Shown here: in pieces, positions 20,035 to 30,693 of the stretch
Layout of the letters: each line of letters begins with the position of its first letter
How positions within the stretch are numbered: position 1 is the first letter of the stretch
NCBI GenBank assembly: GCA_963748625.1
Contig: CAVVJT010000007.1
Location: forward strand, 448,001 to 512,000
Direction: 5' to 3'
Length of the DNA stretch: 64,000 nt
Origin: an uncultured Chloroflexia bacterium
GTDB lineage: Bacteria; Chloroflexota; Limnocylindria; Limnocylindrales; CSP1-4
The notes under the pieces: model-generated
What the model saw: only the letters and a program-made list of their open reading frames with translations
Told to the model about the DNA's origin: nothing
The model's database searches: none
Translations under genes and position numbers: made by a program

Positions 20035-20688
20035 CTACGGTGTCGGGGCCAGCTCGTCGAGGCGGTCGTCGCGCCCGATGAGCGTCAGCTGGTCGCCGGC
20101 CTGCACCACCTCGGCGCCCGCCGGGTTGACCGTCACCTCGTTGCCCCGTCGCAGGGCGATGACGGTGAGCCCCAGGCGATCGAGCAGCCCCACCTCGTCC
20201 AGCCGTCGGCCGAGGAAGAGTGCGGTGGGCGTGATGGTCAGCACGCCGAAACGCGGCCCGATGTCGAGGAAGTCCACCACGGCCGGGACGTGGAAGGAGT
20301 GGGCTGTCCGCTCGCCCATCTCGCGCTCCGGCTGGATGGTGCGGTCCGCCCCGACGCGCTCGAGAATCGAGGCATGGACGTCCGAGGCGGCCTTGGCGAT
20401 GACGTTGCGCACCCCGAGCTGCTTGAGCAGCATCGTCACGATGATGCTCGCCTCGAGGTTGACGCTGATCCCGACGATCGCATGCTCGAAGTCGGCCGCG
20501 CCCAGCGCGCGCAGACCGGCCTCGTTCGTGGCGTCCATGACGACGGCGCGCGTGACCTGGGGCGCGATCGCGTTGACCACCTCCTCATTGCCGTCCACGG
20601 CGAGGACCTCGTGGCCCAGCGTCATCAGCTCCCGGGCGGCGGCCGACCCGAATCGCCCGAGACCGATCACGAGGACGGCGTGCTTCAT
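20035..20688 (-). CDS. trkA: TrkA/KtrA potassium uptake regulatory subunit
   Basis: VIGLGRFG RCK Rossmann motif, PEREMG, C-terminal TrkA_C domain. Confidence 0.92.
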   Translation of the reverse strand: MKHAVLVIGLGRFGSAAARELMTLGHEVLAVDGNEEVVNAIAPQVTRAVVMDATNEAGLRALGAADFEHAIVGISVNLEASIIVTMLLKQLGVRNVIAKAASDVHASILERVGADRTIQPEREMGERTAHSFHVPAVVDFLDIGPRFGVLTITPTALFLGRRLDEVGLLDRLGLTVIALRRGNEVTVNPAGAEVVQAGDQLTLIGRDDRLDELAPTP

Positions 20689-20706
20689 GGCGCTCCCTTC
20701 CGGTGG

Positions 20707-22137
20707 CTATCCGATGCGGACTGATTCGACGGGGTAGGTGTAGAGCCGCGGCTGCTCGCGGGCGGTGAGGGCGAGGACGAGGGTGAGCGGCCCCAGCCGG
20801 CCGGTGAACATCGCGATCGCGAGCAGGACCAGCGACGGGTCCTCCAGGCCGGGTGTGATCCCGGTGGACGAGCCCACGGTCGCCAGTGCCGAAACCGACT
20901 CGAACAGGGTGTCGGTGTACGCCAATCCCGTCTGGGCGGTAAGCACCAGCGCGACGATGAAGACGGCACCCATGAACAGCACCGCCACCGACAGCGCGCG
21001 GGCGACGATCGCTGGCGGCAGGCGGCGCCCGAAGGCTTCGACGGCATCGCGACCACGGATGGTGGAGACGACGGTGGCCAGCAGCACCGCGAAGGTGTTG
21101 ACCTTGATGCCGCCGCCGGTGGAGCCGGACGCCGCGCCGATGAACATCAGGGCGATGGCGAAGAACAGCGACTGCATCATCAGGCCGCCGGTCGGCACCG
21201 CGGCGAATCCGGCGGTCCGCAGCACCGTGGACTGGAACGCGGCGTTGACCACCTTGTCCACCGGCTGGAGCGGCCCCAGCGTCTGGGGATTGGACCACTC
21301 GAACCAGGCGAACGCGACCGTCCCGCCCGCCAGCAGGACCGCCGTGACCAGGAGCACCAGCTTCGTCTCGAGCGCGAGTCGGGTCCAGCGGCGAACGACC
21401 GCCACATCTGCCAGGATCGCGTACCCGAGCCCGCCCGCGACGATGAGCGCGCCGAGCGACGCCAGGATCAGCGGCTGGTCGTTGTACGGGATGAAGCTGG
21501 TGAAGCCTCCGAGGACGTCGAACCCTGCGTTGTTGAACGCCGAGACGGCGTGGAAGACGCCGTACCAGGCGGCCTGGAGGGGATCGCTGCCCGTCGAGGC
21601 GAACAGGAGCGCGAGGACGGCAGCGCCGATGGCCTCTGCTGTGAAGGCGAACACCGCGATCCGGCGCACGGTGCTGCGAACCGCGCCCAGGTCCCGCACG
21701 CCCACAGTCTCCTGGGCCACGATCCGGTCACGGAGCGCGGTTCTGCGGCTCACGCGGAGGAAGAGGACCAGGGTGGAGCCGGCCATGAAGCCGAGCCCGC
21801 CCGCCTGGATCAGCAGCAGGATGGCCACCTGGCCGATCGGGCTCCAGTAGGTCCCCGAGTCCACCACCTGGAGGCCGGTCACCGACACGGCAGAGGTTGC
21901 AGTGAACAGCGCGGTGACCGGGTCGGTCCACGTCCCCTGCGCTGATGCGAGTGGGGTCGTGAGAACCACGGTGCCCAAGGCGATCAGCAGCAGGAAGCCC
22001 GCCGCGAGGATCGCGGCGGGCGGTCTGGGTTTGCGGGGGACGATGTCTGGCCCGCCGAGCGTCACCCGCAGCGGGTTCCGCCTCGTATGCCGGGCCCGGC
22101 CGACGTCGGCCGTGGGCTGCTCGGCGGATCCGGTCAT
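20707..22137 (-). CDS. trkH: TrkH/KtrB potassium uptake membrane protein
   Basis: ATSAVSVTGL, SAFNNAGF, RTAGF, GSTGGGIKV, SALATVG. Confidence 0.93.
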   Translation of the reverse strand: MTGSAEQPTADVGRARHTRRNPLRVTLGGPDIVPRKPRPPAAILAAGFLLLIALGTVVLTTPLASAQGTWTDPVTALFTATSAVSVTGLQVVDSGTYWSPIGQVAILLLIQAGGLGFMAGSTLVLFLRVSRRTALRDRIVAQETVGVRDLGAVRSTVRRIAVFAFTAEAIGAAVLALLFASTGSDPLQAAWYGVFHAVSAFNNAGFDVLGGFTSFIPYNDQPLILASLGALIVAGGLGYAILADVAVVRRWTRLALETKLVLLVTAVLLAGGTVAFAWFEWSNPQTLGPLQPVDKVVNAAFQSTVLRTAGFAAVPTGGLMMQSLFFAIALMFIGAASGSTGGGIKVNTFAVLLATVVSTIRGRDAVEAFGRRLPPAIVARALSVAVLFMGAVFIVALVLTAQTGLAYTDTLFESVSALATVGSSTGITPGLEDPSLVLLAIAMFTGRLGPLTLVLALTAREQPRLYTYPVESVRIG

Positions 22138-22165
22138 ACGGGCGCGGGCAGCCCCCCGGGCTCGG

Positions 22166-22405
22166 TCAGTGGGCCTTGGTGTAGGCGACGGCCACCGCGC
22201 CGAGCTTCTGCTCCACGCCCTGGAGGCACTCCAGCTCGGAGGCCGTGAGCGGGGCCGGCTGGAGGCCCATGGAGGACGGGTCTGCGAGCGGGGCGCCCTG
22301 GGCGAAGACCAGGACGATATCGGCGTTCAGCGACGCCTCCGTCTCCTGGAGCAGGGCGATGCCGCTGCGATCGAGGCGGGCCCAGTTCCAGCCGATGTCG
22401 TTCAT
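22166..22405 (-). CDS. Small hypothetical protein with an internal duplication
   Basis: 79 aa with an AGGAG RBS; two similar halves (A-x-L...LQ-x-x-E-x-x-L...V-x-V-x-(F/Y)). Confidence 0.7.
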   Translation of the reverse strand: MNDIGWNWARLDRSGIALLQETEASLNADIVLVFAQGAPLADPSSMGLQPAPLTASELECLQGVEQKLGAVAVAYTKAH

Positions 22406-22486
22406 GGATCATGTCTCCTGCGGCGGTTGGCGGGATTATCCCGCGTCGGACGGCCTGCTGTCACGCGCCTTGCGCGCAAAGGCGAA

Positions 22487-22513
22487 CGGCCCGCCGGGGA
22501 TGCCGGCGGGCCG
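22487..22513 (-). terminator. Hairpin terminator after dnaK
   Basis: CGGCCCGCCGG-N5-CCGGCGGGCCG followed on the minus strand by TTCGCCTTT. Confidence 0.65.
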
Positions 22514-22551
22514 AAGTGTGTGCGGGATCCGGGCGATCGCCCGGGCGGAGG

Positions 22552-24471
22552 CTAGACCTCCTTGAACTCACCCTCGACCGTCTCGTCACCCTCGGGGGCG
22601 GCCTCGCCCTGCGAGGCCTGCTCGCCACCGGGCTGCTCGCCGCCGGGCTGCTCGCTCGCGGCCGCGCCGGCCTGGTAGGCGGCCGTGGACACCCGGTTGA
22701 GCGTCTCGATGATCTTGTCCATGCCGGCCCGGATCAGCTCGAGGTTGTCGCCCTTGAGCGCCTCGCGCAGCCCGGCGACCTGCGTCTCGACCTCGGCCTT
22801 GTCCTCGGAGGACACCTTGTCGCCGAGATCCTTGAGCGTGCGCTCGGCCTGGTACGTGAGCTGCTCGGCCTGGTTGCGGAGCTCGACCTCCTCGCGCCGC
22901 TTCTTGTCGTCGTCGGCGTGGGACTCGGCGTCGCGGACCATCCGGTCCACGTCGTCCTTGCTGAGCATCGAGGACGCGGTGATCCGGACCTGCTGCTCCT
23001 TGCTGGTGGCGCGATCCTTCGCCTTGACGTCGAGGATGCCGTTCGCATCGATGTCGAACGTCACCTCGACCTGCGGGATGCCGCGGGGCGCCGGCGGGAT
23101 GCCGTCAAGGATGAACTTGCCCAGCGTCTTGTTGTCCTGCGCGAAGTCACGCTCGCCCTGGAGGACGTGGATCTCAACCTGGCTCTGGTTGTCCGAGGCC
23201 GTCGAGAACACCTGCGACTTCGAGGTCGGGATGGTGGTGTTGCGGTCGATCAGGCGGGTCATCACGCCGCCCAGCGTCTCGATGCCGAGGCTCAGCGGGG
23301 TGACGTCGAGGAGGAGGACGTCCTTCACCTCGCCGCCGAGGACACCGGCCTGGATGGCCGCGCCGATGGCCACGACCTCGTCCGGGTTGACGCCGCGGTG
23401 CGGCTCCTTGCCGAACAGGGCCTTGACGGCCTCCTGGACCGCCGGCATCCGGGTCATACCGCCGACGAGGATGACCTCGTTGATGTCGGAGGGCTTGAGG
23501 CCCGCGTCCTTGAGGGCTGCGATGACCGGGGTCTTGGTCTTCTCGATGAGATCGCCCACGAGCGACTCGAGCTTGGCCCGGGTGAGGCCCACGACGAGGT
23601 GCTTGGGACCGGTCGCGTCGGCCGTGATGTACGGCAGGTTGATCTCGGTGGACGCCGTCGAGGACAGCTCGATCTTGGCCTTCTCGGCCGCCTCCTTGAG
23701 GCGCTGCAGGGCCTGCTGGTCCTTCGCGAGGTCCATGCCCTGTTCCTTCTTGAACTCGTCGAGCAGCCACTCGATGACGCGCTGGTCGAAGTCGTCGCCG
23801 CCGAGGTGCGTGTCGCCGTTGGTCGCCTTGACCTCGAAGACGCCCTCGCCCAGCTCCAGGATGGAGATGTCGAAGGTGCCGCCGCCCAGGTCGTAGACCG
23901 CGATCTTCTCGTCGTGCTTCTTGTCGAGGCCGTACGCGAGCGCGGACGCGGTGGGCTCGTTGATGATCCGCTTGACCTCGAGGCCCGCGATCCGGCCGGC
24001 GTCCTTGGTCGCCTGGCGCTGCGTGTCGTCGAAGTACGCGGGGACGGTGATGACCGCCTCGGTCACCTTCTCGCCCAGGTACGCCTCGGCGTCGGCCTTG
24101 AGCTTCTGGAGGACCATCGCGCTGATCTCCGGCGGCGTGTAGTGGCCGTCGCCGGCGACGACACGGATGCCGTCGGACTTGGGATCCTTCTCGACCGTGT
24201 AGGGCACGAGCTTCAGCGAGTGCTTCGTCTCGGGGTCGTCCCAACGGCGGCCCATGAAGCGCTTGATCGAGTAGATGGTGTTGGCGGGGTTCGTGACCGC
24301 CTGGCGCTTGGCCAGCTGGCCGACGACGCGCTCACCCGACTTCGGGAAGCCGACGACCGACGGGACGGTGCGATTGCCCTCGGAGCTGGGGATGACGGTG
24401 GGCTCGCCGCCCTCCATCACCGCGACGACGGAGTTGGTCGTCCCGAGGTCGATGCCGATGATCTTGCCCAT
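22552..24471 (-). CDS. dnaK: Chaperone DnaK (Hsp70)
   Basis: [36 protein letters not shown]. Confidence 0.99.
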   Translation of the reverse strand: MGKIIGIDLGTTNSVVAVMEGGEPTVIPSSEGNRTVPSVVGFPKSGERVVGQLAKRQAVTNPANTIYSIKRFMGRRWDDPETKHSLKLVPYTVEKDPKSDGIRVVAGDGHYTPPEISAMVLQKLKADAEAYLGEKVTEAVITVPAYFDDTQRQATKDAGRIAGLEVKRIINEPTASALAYGLDKKHDEKIAVYDLGGGTFDISILELGEGVFEVKATNGDTHLGGDDFDQRVIEWLLDEFKKEQGMDLAKDQQALQRLKEAAEKAKIELSSTASTEINLPYITADATGPKHLVVGLTRAKLESLVGDLIEKTKTPVIAALKDAGLKPSDINEVILVGGMTRMPAVQEAVKALFGKEPHRGVNPDEVVAIGAAIQAGVLGGEVKDVLLLDVTPLSLGIETLGGVMTRLIDRNTTIPTSKSQVFSTASDNQSQVEIHVLQGERDFAQDNKTLGKFILDGIPPAPRGIPQVEVTFDIDANGILDVKAKDRATSKEQQVRITASSMLSKDDVDRMVRDAESHADDDKKRREEVELRNQAEQLTYQAERTLKDLGDKVSSEDKAEVETQVAGLREALKGDNLELIRAGMDKIIETLNRVSTAAYQAGAAASEQPGGEQPGGEQASQGEAAPEGDETVEGEFKEV

Positions 24472-24529
24472 GCTGGGGAGTCTCCTGGTTGGTTGTGGGT
24501 TCGGTTTCGGGTTGGAGTGGTGGTCGCTG

Positions 24530-25153
24530 CTAGTTGGTGGGGCCGGCGCCCGTGTCGTCGCCCGCCGCGACGGCCACGAGGGCAGGCCGGATGACGCGCT
24601 CTCGCAGGCGGTAGCCGCGCCGGACCTCGCCGACGATCAGCCCCTCCTCGAGGCCCGTGCCAGGCACGCTGGCGATCGCCTCGTGCTCGCGTGGATCGAA
24701 GGTCATGCCCTGCGCCACCTCGACCGGCGTGACCCCCTCGCTCTCGAGGAGCAGGCGCAGCTTGCGGTCGATGGCGGCGATCCCGTCGGCCCAGGCGTCG
24801 CCCTCGAGGGTCGCCGGGCGGTTGTCGATCGCGCGGTCGAAGTCGTCCGCGAGCGTCAGCACCTTGCCGATCAGGTCCACGCCGGCCAGGCCCCGCTCCT
24901 CGGCGCGCTCCTTGGCGGTGCGCGTCTTGAAGTTCGTGAACTCGGCCCGCTCGCGCTGGAGGGCGAGCAGGTACTCGTCCTTCTCGGCAAGCGCGGTGTC
25001 CCTGTCCGCGAGGGCTGCGTCGCGCTCGCCCGTAAGGGACTCGATCTGCGTGAGGAGTGCCGCGGGTGAGATGTCGATCTCGTCCGCCCGCTCGTCGGCG
25101 CGTGTTCTGCGGGTCATGGGTCTCCTGGAGCCGTGGGGATCGTGCTCAGGCAT
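24530..25153 (-). CDS. grpE: Nucleotide exchange factor GrpE
   Basis: [34 protein letters not shown]. The start may be 25117. Confidence 0.95.
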   Translation of the reverse strand: MPEHDPHGSRRPMTRRTRADERADEIDISPAALLTQIESLTGERDAALADRDTALAEKDEYLLALQRERAEFTNFKTRTAKERAEERGLAGVDLIGKVLTLADDFDRAIDNRPATLEGDAWADGIAAIDRKLRLLLESEGVTPVEVAQGMTFDPREHEAIASVPGTGLEEGLIVGEVRRGYRLRERVIRPALVAVAAGDDTGAGPTN

Positions 25154-26207
25154 AGAGGTGGTCGATGAGCTCGTTCATAAGGCCGGACACGAAGCGGACC
25201 GTGCCGATCGCCTGCGGGTACGCCATGCGGGTGGGCCCGAGGACACCAACGACGCCGACCGCGCGGCCGGGATTGCCATAGGGCGCCAGGACCAGCGACA
25301 CGTCCGCCATCTCCTCGGCAGGGTTCTCCGAGCCGATGAAGACGCGCACCCGGCCGTCCTGGGCCACGCTGCCGATCAGCTGGGCGAGGTAGGCGCGGTT
25401 CTCGAGCGCCGCGAAGACCCGCCGCAGCTTCTCGCTCTGGGCGAACTCCGGGGCCGCCATCACGTTGAGGAGGCCGTCGCTGAACAGCTCCTCGATCGCG
25501 GCGCCGTCGAACTCCTGGAGGGCGCGGACCACGCGCTCGCCGATCCTGCGCGGCAGCTCGTCGGCGGGGTCGTCCGTGTCCAGCGCGGCGAGGGCGATCT
25601 CCGCCTGGGCGGCGGTGCAGCCGTCGAGCAGCTCGTTGAGACGGTTGGCGACGGTGGTCAGCTCGTCCTGGTCGCAGGCGTGGTCAAGGCCGCACAGGAC
25701 CTGCTTGAGCGCGCCCTCACGCAGGACCAGGATCAGGCTGGCCATGCGGTCGCTGATGCTCACGAGGTCCAGCCGGCGCAGGTGGGCACTGATTGGCTTC
25801 GCGGGGGTGGCAAGACCGGCGGCGCGGGTGACCGATGCGAGCGTGGTGGCCGCAAGCCGGAACCAGTGCTCCGACGCGTACTCCACTTGCCCGAACTGGT
25901 GGCGGATCATCAGCTGCTCCACCGGCGGGAGGGGCACCGTGTCCACGATCGACTCGACGTAGAAGCGGTAGCCGTGCTCGGTGGGGACGCGTCCGGCAGA
26001 GGTGTGCGGATGCATCAGGAGACCGGCCGCCTCGAGCTCGGCGAGGACGCCACGGACCGTGGCGCTGGACACACCAAGCCGATAGCGCTCCACGAGCGCC
26101 TGGCTGCCAACCGGGTTGGCGGTGGTGACATATTCCTCGATGACGGCCCGGAGGATCGCCTGGGAACGGAGATCAAGGGGGCCGCTGGAGCGACGAGCTC
26201 GCGCCAT
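25146..26207 (-). CDS. hrcA: Heat-inducible transcription repressor HrcA
   Basis: PVGSQAL, VSSATVR, PHTSAGRVPT, GVLGPTRMAY. Confidence 0.97.
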   Translation of the reverse strand: MARARRSSGPLDLRSQAILRAVIEEYVTTANPVGSQALVERYRLGVSSATVRGVLAELEAAGLLMHPHTSAGRVPTEHGYRFYVESIVDTVPLPPVEQLMIRHQFGQVEYASEHWFRLAATTLASVTRAAGLATPAKPISAHLRRLDLVSISDRMASLILVLREGALKQVLCGLDHACDQDELTTVANRLNELLDGCTAAQAEIALAALDTDDPADELPRRIGERVVRALQEFDGAAIEELFSDGLLNVMAAPEFAQSEKLRRVFAALENRAYLAQLIGSVAQDGRVRVFIGSENPAEEMADVSLVLAPYGNPGRAVGVVGVLGPTRMAYPQAIGTVRFVSGLMNELIDHLYA

Positions 26208-26226
26208 GCAGCTCTCCTGCGGTTTG

Positions 26227-26253
26227 TTGGCACTCGCACCATGAGAGTGCTAA
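26227..26253. promoter_or_regulatory. CIRCE operator
   Basis: TTGGCACTC-N9-GAGTGCTAA just upstream of hrcA. Confidence 0.95.
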
Positions 26254-26266
26254 CTGCGTTGTGGGA

Positions 26267-26296
26267 AGTCTAGCGCTCGGCCCTCGAGAGTGTCAA
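26267..26296 (-). promoter_or_regulatory. Sigma70-type promoter overlapped by a second, degenerate CIRCE
   Basis: Minus strand TTGACA-N18-TAGACT; plus strand CTAGCGCTC-N9-GAGTGTCAA (26270-26296). Confidence 0.8.
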
Positions 26297-26541
26297 CGAC
26301 CGGCCTGGGTTGTGCCCCGGGTTGTCCTCGGGTGTGTCGAGCAGGCGGGTGGGTTCCCGAGGGTCGGGCGAACGATCCCACCGCGCGCTGGTGCACCCGA
26401 CGTGCGGGAGCTCCGTTGCGCCGGGCCGCTCCCTTGCGCCAGGCGACCCTCCCGCCGGGAACGAGGTCGCGTCGCGCGACGGTAGTCCCACACCGCGGGA
26501 AGGACCAGGTCCCCCGGTGCCGCGCCCTGGGTGCGAGGTCG

Positions 26542-28267
26542 TCAGCCCGTCGGGACCAGCCTCGCGAAGCGGTCCCGTGCGGCTGCTGCCGAGGGATCCG
26601 ACAGCGCCGCCGCGGACTCCGTCCTCAGCACCGCCCCGTCCGCGCTCCGGATCGCGCGGCGGACGGCCGGCAGCGAGGCTGCGCCCATCGACAGGTGCGT
26701 CACGCCCAGGCCGACGAGTGCCAGAGCCGCAACCGGGTCGCCCGCCATCTCGCCGCAGACCGACAGCGAGATCCCCGCCCACCGCGCGCTCTCGGCCGCC
26801 GAGGCGACCAGCCGCAGGACCGCCGGGTGCATCGCGTCGCGGTAGCGCTCCAGCGCGGGGTTGCCGCGGTCCACCGCGAGCGTGTACTGGGTGAGGTCGT
26901 TCGTGCCGAGGCTCGCGAAGGCGATGCTGCCGAAGTAGCTGTCCGCTGCCAGCACCGCCGACGGGATCTCGAGCATGACGCCGAGCGCCACTTCACCCCG
27001 GGTGATGCCGTCCACGTCGAGGCCTTCACGGGCCTGCCGCGCGAGATCGAGGAGGAGAGCCGCATCGCCCGCATCGGCCACCATTGGCGCCATCACCTTC
27101 ACCGGCCCGGCGATCGCCGCCCGATAGCAGGCGCGCAGCTGGGTCAGGAAGATCTCCGGCCGGTCGTAGGCCAGACGCAGGGCCCGTACGCCCAGAAACG
27201 GGTTGTCCTCCTTGGGCATCGGCAGGTACGGGATGGGCTTGTCGCCGCCGATGTCGAGCAGGCGGATGGTGACCGGATCGCCGCCGAAGGCCTCGACGGC
27301 CTCGGTGTAGGCGCGGGTCTGCTCGTCCTCCGTGGGCGGCGTGGTGCGCTCGAGGAACAGGAACTCGGTGCGGAACAGGCCGACGCCGCGGGCGCCCAAG
27401 GCCCGGGCCGGGACCGCCTCCGCGGGCGTGCCGATGTTGGCCAGCAGCGTGACCTCGACGCCGTCCGTGGTCACCGCGGGCAGCCCCGCCTCCTCGACAT
27501 CGTGGGAGCGCAGATCGGCCTGGCGGGCAGCCCGCTTGTCGAAGTCGGCAGAGGTCGCGGCGTCGGCGTCGAGCACCACCTCGCCGGTGGCCCCGTCGAT
27601 GGCCATCTCCACGACGCCTGCGAGTGCATGCAGCAGACCTGGAGATCCCGACCACCGCAGGGATGCCGTAGGCGCGGGCCAGGATCGCGGCGTGGGCCGT
27701 GGGCGATCCTGCCTCGAGCGCGATGCCCAGGATGTGCTCGCGCGGCAGCGTGGCGGTGAGCGACGGTGACAGGTCCTCGCCCACCACGATGGCCGGGGCA
27801 GGCAGCAGGTCTGCCTCCTCCGGGAGGTCAGCCAGGACCCGGGCGATCCGCTCGGCGACATCGATGACGTCCGCACCGCGCGCCGCGAGCAGCTCGTCAT
27901 CGAGGGCTGCGAGCGTCGCCGCCACCTCGACGCCCGCCACCTGGATTGCGGCCACCGCGTCATCGCCATGGTCGTTGATCCGCGCCGCGGCAGCGTCGAT
28001 CAGCGTCGGGTCCCAGGCGAGCGTGGCGTGGGCCATGAAGATGCCCGACTCGTCCTCGTGGCCGGCCTCGGCCGCCCGATCAGAGAGGGCCATGAGCTCG
28101 TCAGCGGCCTGATTGGCCGCGTCGCGGAGGACTTGCTCCTCGTCCGCCTCCGCACCGGGCACGACACGACCACCGGACGGCAGGGGCTGGCGGCGCACGT
28201 GGACCCACGGCCCCCGGGCTACTCCCGGTGCCGCTGCCACGCCGCTCAACCGCCGCTCGCCCGACAT
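26542..28267 (-). CDS. ptsI: PEP-protein phosphotransferase (PTS enzyme I), frameshift near 27640
   Basis: GSPTAHAAILARAYGIPAVVG (phospho-His), GVGLFRTEF, DIGGDK, EDNPFLGVR, GTNDLTQY, VCGEMAG. Confidence 0.92.
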
Positions 28268-28361
28268 CGCCCTGCCTCCCCTGCACGCTCGGCACCGCAG
28301 TCGCGGGCACGGGCCCATTGTCCGCCATCCGGGTCGGCTGGGCGGGCGGGCTGCACTGCAC

Positions 28362-28508
28362 GTGGAGCAATACCTTGGGCGGGTTGTGGTGCCGCGTTGC
28401 CCCCGACGCGAGCGTGCGCCAGCCGATGGACCATCGTGGCGCCAGGGCAGCCATGTCGATGCTGCGGGAGCAGCAGGACAACACGAAGCCCCGGAGGTAT
28501 TGCTTCAC
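28362..28508. repeat. Cloverleaf-like palindromic element
   Basis: GTGGAGCAATACCT / AGGTATTGCTTCAC (13 of 14 Watson-Crick plus one G-T) enclosing three hairpins: CGCGTTG/CGACGCG, GCGCCA..CGATGG/CCATCG.TGGCGC, GCAGC/GCTGC. Confidence 0.75.
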
Positions 28509-28572
28509 TCGCAAGCGGTGCGCCAGGTGGACATGTGCGTGCCTAGGACCCCCGGGCCGGCCTGAGGGCGTT

Positions 28573-29833
28573 TCACAGGACCCGGGCGAAGACCTCGTTC
28601 GAGAGCAGGCGGCCCGTCGTGGAGAGGCGCACGCGCGGGGCCTCCGTCGAGCCGGCGGCCTCGGGGGACCCGGTCGCCTCGAGCAGCCCGTTCGCGAGCC
28701 CCCAGTCGAGATGCGGGGCCAGCGGGCCGGTGCGGGCGTCGCCGAGATCCAGCCCGGTGTCCAGGCGCAGGGCGAGGATCACGCGCTCCGCCGCCGCACC
28801 GTCCGCGTCGATGGTCTCCCCGTCACCCGGTGGCAGCGACGGTGCCGAGCCGTCCGCGGGCGCCAGGGCGCCCAGGTAGCCCTCCAGGCGCGCGGCGTTC
28901 CAACGCCGGACGACGCCGTCGAAGGCGTGGGCGCCGGGACCCACCGCCTCGTACGAACGCCGATGCCAGTACACGAGGTTGTGGCGGCTCTCGTGACCAG
29001 GACGGGCCCAGTTGGAGATCTCGTAGCCCCGGAACCCCGCCGCGCCCAGCCGTTCCACCGCAAGCTCGTACTGCGCGGCCGCCATCGCCTCGTCCTGCCG
29101 GTTCACCGCCGCCGCCCGCCAGCGGCGCGCGCCCGGGCTCGTGGGCAGGTGGTCGCCGAGCGGGCCGGTGATCCCCTCGGCATCGGGGTCGTCGAGGGTC
29201 AGCGCGTACGCCGAGACGTGGTCCACGCCCAGGTCCAGGGCGGCCTCCAGCGTGGCGCCCCACAGATCGAGATCCTGGCCGGGCACGTCGTAGAGCAGGT
29301 CCACCGACACCGATGCGATGCCGGCCGCACGCGCGTCGGCGACAGCGCCGGCGATGTCCTCGGGGCGATGACGACGGCCAAGGCCCCGCAGCAGCGCCGG
29401 ATCGAACGACTGGGCGCCCAGCGAGAGGCGGTTGACGCCCGCATCGCGAAGCGCGGACATGTCGCCACGCTCATCGGGACCGGGGTTGGACTCGATCGTG
29501 ACCTCGGCGCCCTTCGCGATCCCGAGCCGCCCGCTGACCCGCTCCAGGATGCGCGGCGATCGTCGCCGTCGGCAGCAGGGTTGGCGTGCCCCCGCCGATG
29601 TAGACGGTCTCGAGCGGCGGATGCCCAGGGAAGTCGGCATCGAGCCGGTCGGCCCGCAGGTCGAGCTCGGTCAGCAGGGCCGACGCAAACGCCTCCACGC
29701 GGGCGCCGGGACCGCGTGCGGCTGCCCCCGCGTACACCACGAAGTCGCAGTACGGGCAGAGCGAGACGCAGAAGGGGACGTGGACGTAGAGCGCGACGGG
29801 CGGCGCAACCAGCGGGACCTGGTGGGGGTCCAC
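28573..29833 (-). CDS. hemW: Radical SAM heme chaperone HemW (frameshift near 29560)
   Basis: LYVHVPFCVSLCPYCDF, YIGGGTP, YEISNWA, SRHNLVYW. Confidence 0.9.
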
Positions 29834-29837
29834 CCGC

Positions 29838-30693
29838 TCAGCGCTCGTCGTGCTCCCCGGGATCCAGCACCTGCCAGCCCTTCGGCGTGGCGTGACGGCG
29901 CTCGACCTCCTCCACCTCGGTCCCCTTCGGCTTCGGGATACCGGCGTGCCCGGTGGTCAGGAAGATCGTGACCCGGGTGATCGAGTGGCCCAGGAACGCC
30001 GCCCCGATGCCGCCGGTGATCCCGACGAGCCAGCCGCCCGCGAGGCCGATCGCAAGAACGGAGACGAGCATGTACCACGGGCGCCCCGGTGCCCCCAGGC
30101 GCGTGGCGAGGGCGTAGATGATCGCCTGGGTGACGTTGGCCAGGTTCGCGTCGATGCCCGCGGTGATCAGGAAGCCGAACAGCAGCCCGCGGAAGATCGC
30201 CTCGTCCACGAAGGCCGTCGCGATGGCGTTGATGATCGCCGCCGGGTACTGCATGAGCGGCGGGAAGCGGACCCGGTGGTACCGCAGCAGGGCGATGGAG
30301 ATGGCGATCGCCGCTCCGATCGGCGCCGTACGCCAGGCCCAGGATGACCGCGCCCAGGCGGTCACCGAGGCCCAGGAAGAGCTCGGTGTCGGCCCGCGGG
30401 TGGATCTGGAGCACGGCCATGATCCCGAGGACACCCAGGATGTACCACGCGAACCTGCGGATGATCGACGGCTTGCGCCCCCAGCGGTCCACGTCGCTGT
30501 ACTCGGCGGCGCTGAAGCGCTCGGCATCGAGCCGCAGGATCACGAGCAGCAGGGCCAGGCCGACGGCAATCAGGATCCGCAGGATCTCGGGGACCGAATC
30601 GAGCGAGGGCAGGTCCGGGAGGCTGATGTCGGGCACGGGCGGCTCAGGCGCGCACGACGGCCGTCGGACGGCAGCGGACATGACCGGCGTCAT
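29838..30693 (-). CDS. CPBP (CAAX/Abi) intramembrane protease-like protein (frameshift near 30330)
   Basis: [14 protein letters not shown] motif, a later His (LGHS), multiple TM segments. Confidence 0.7.

Noticed and set aside
22411-24594. Long antisense ORFs opposite dnaK, and similarly opposite pgi, lepA, men and dnaE2 genes
   Set aside because: Shadow ORFs expected from high GC3 codon bias.
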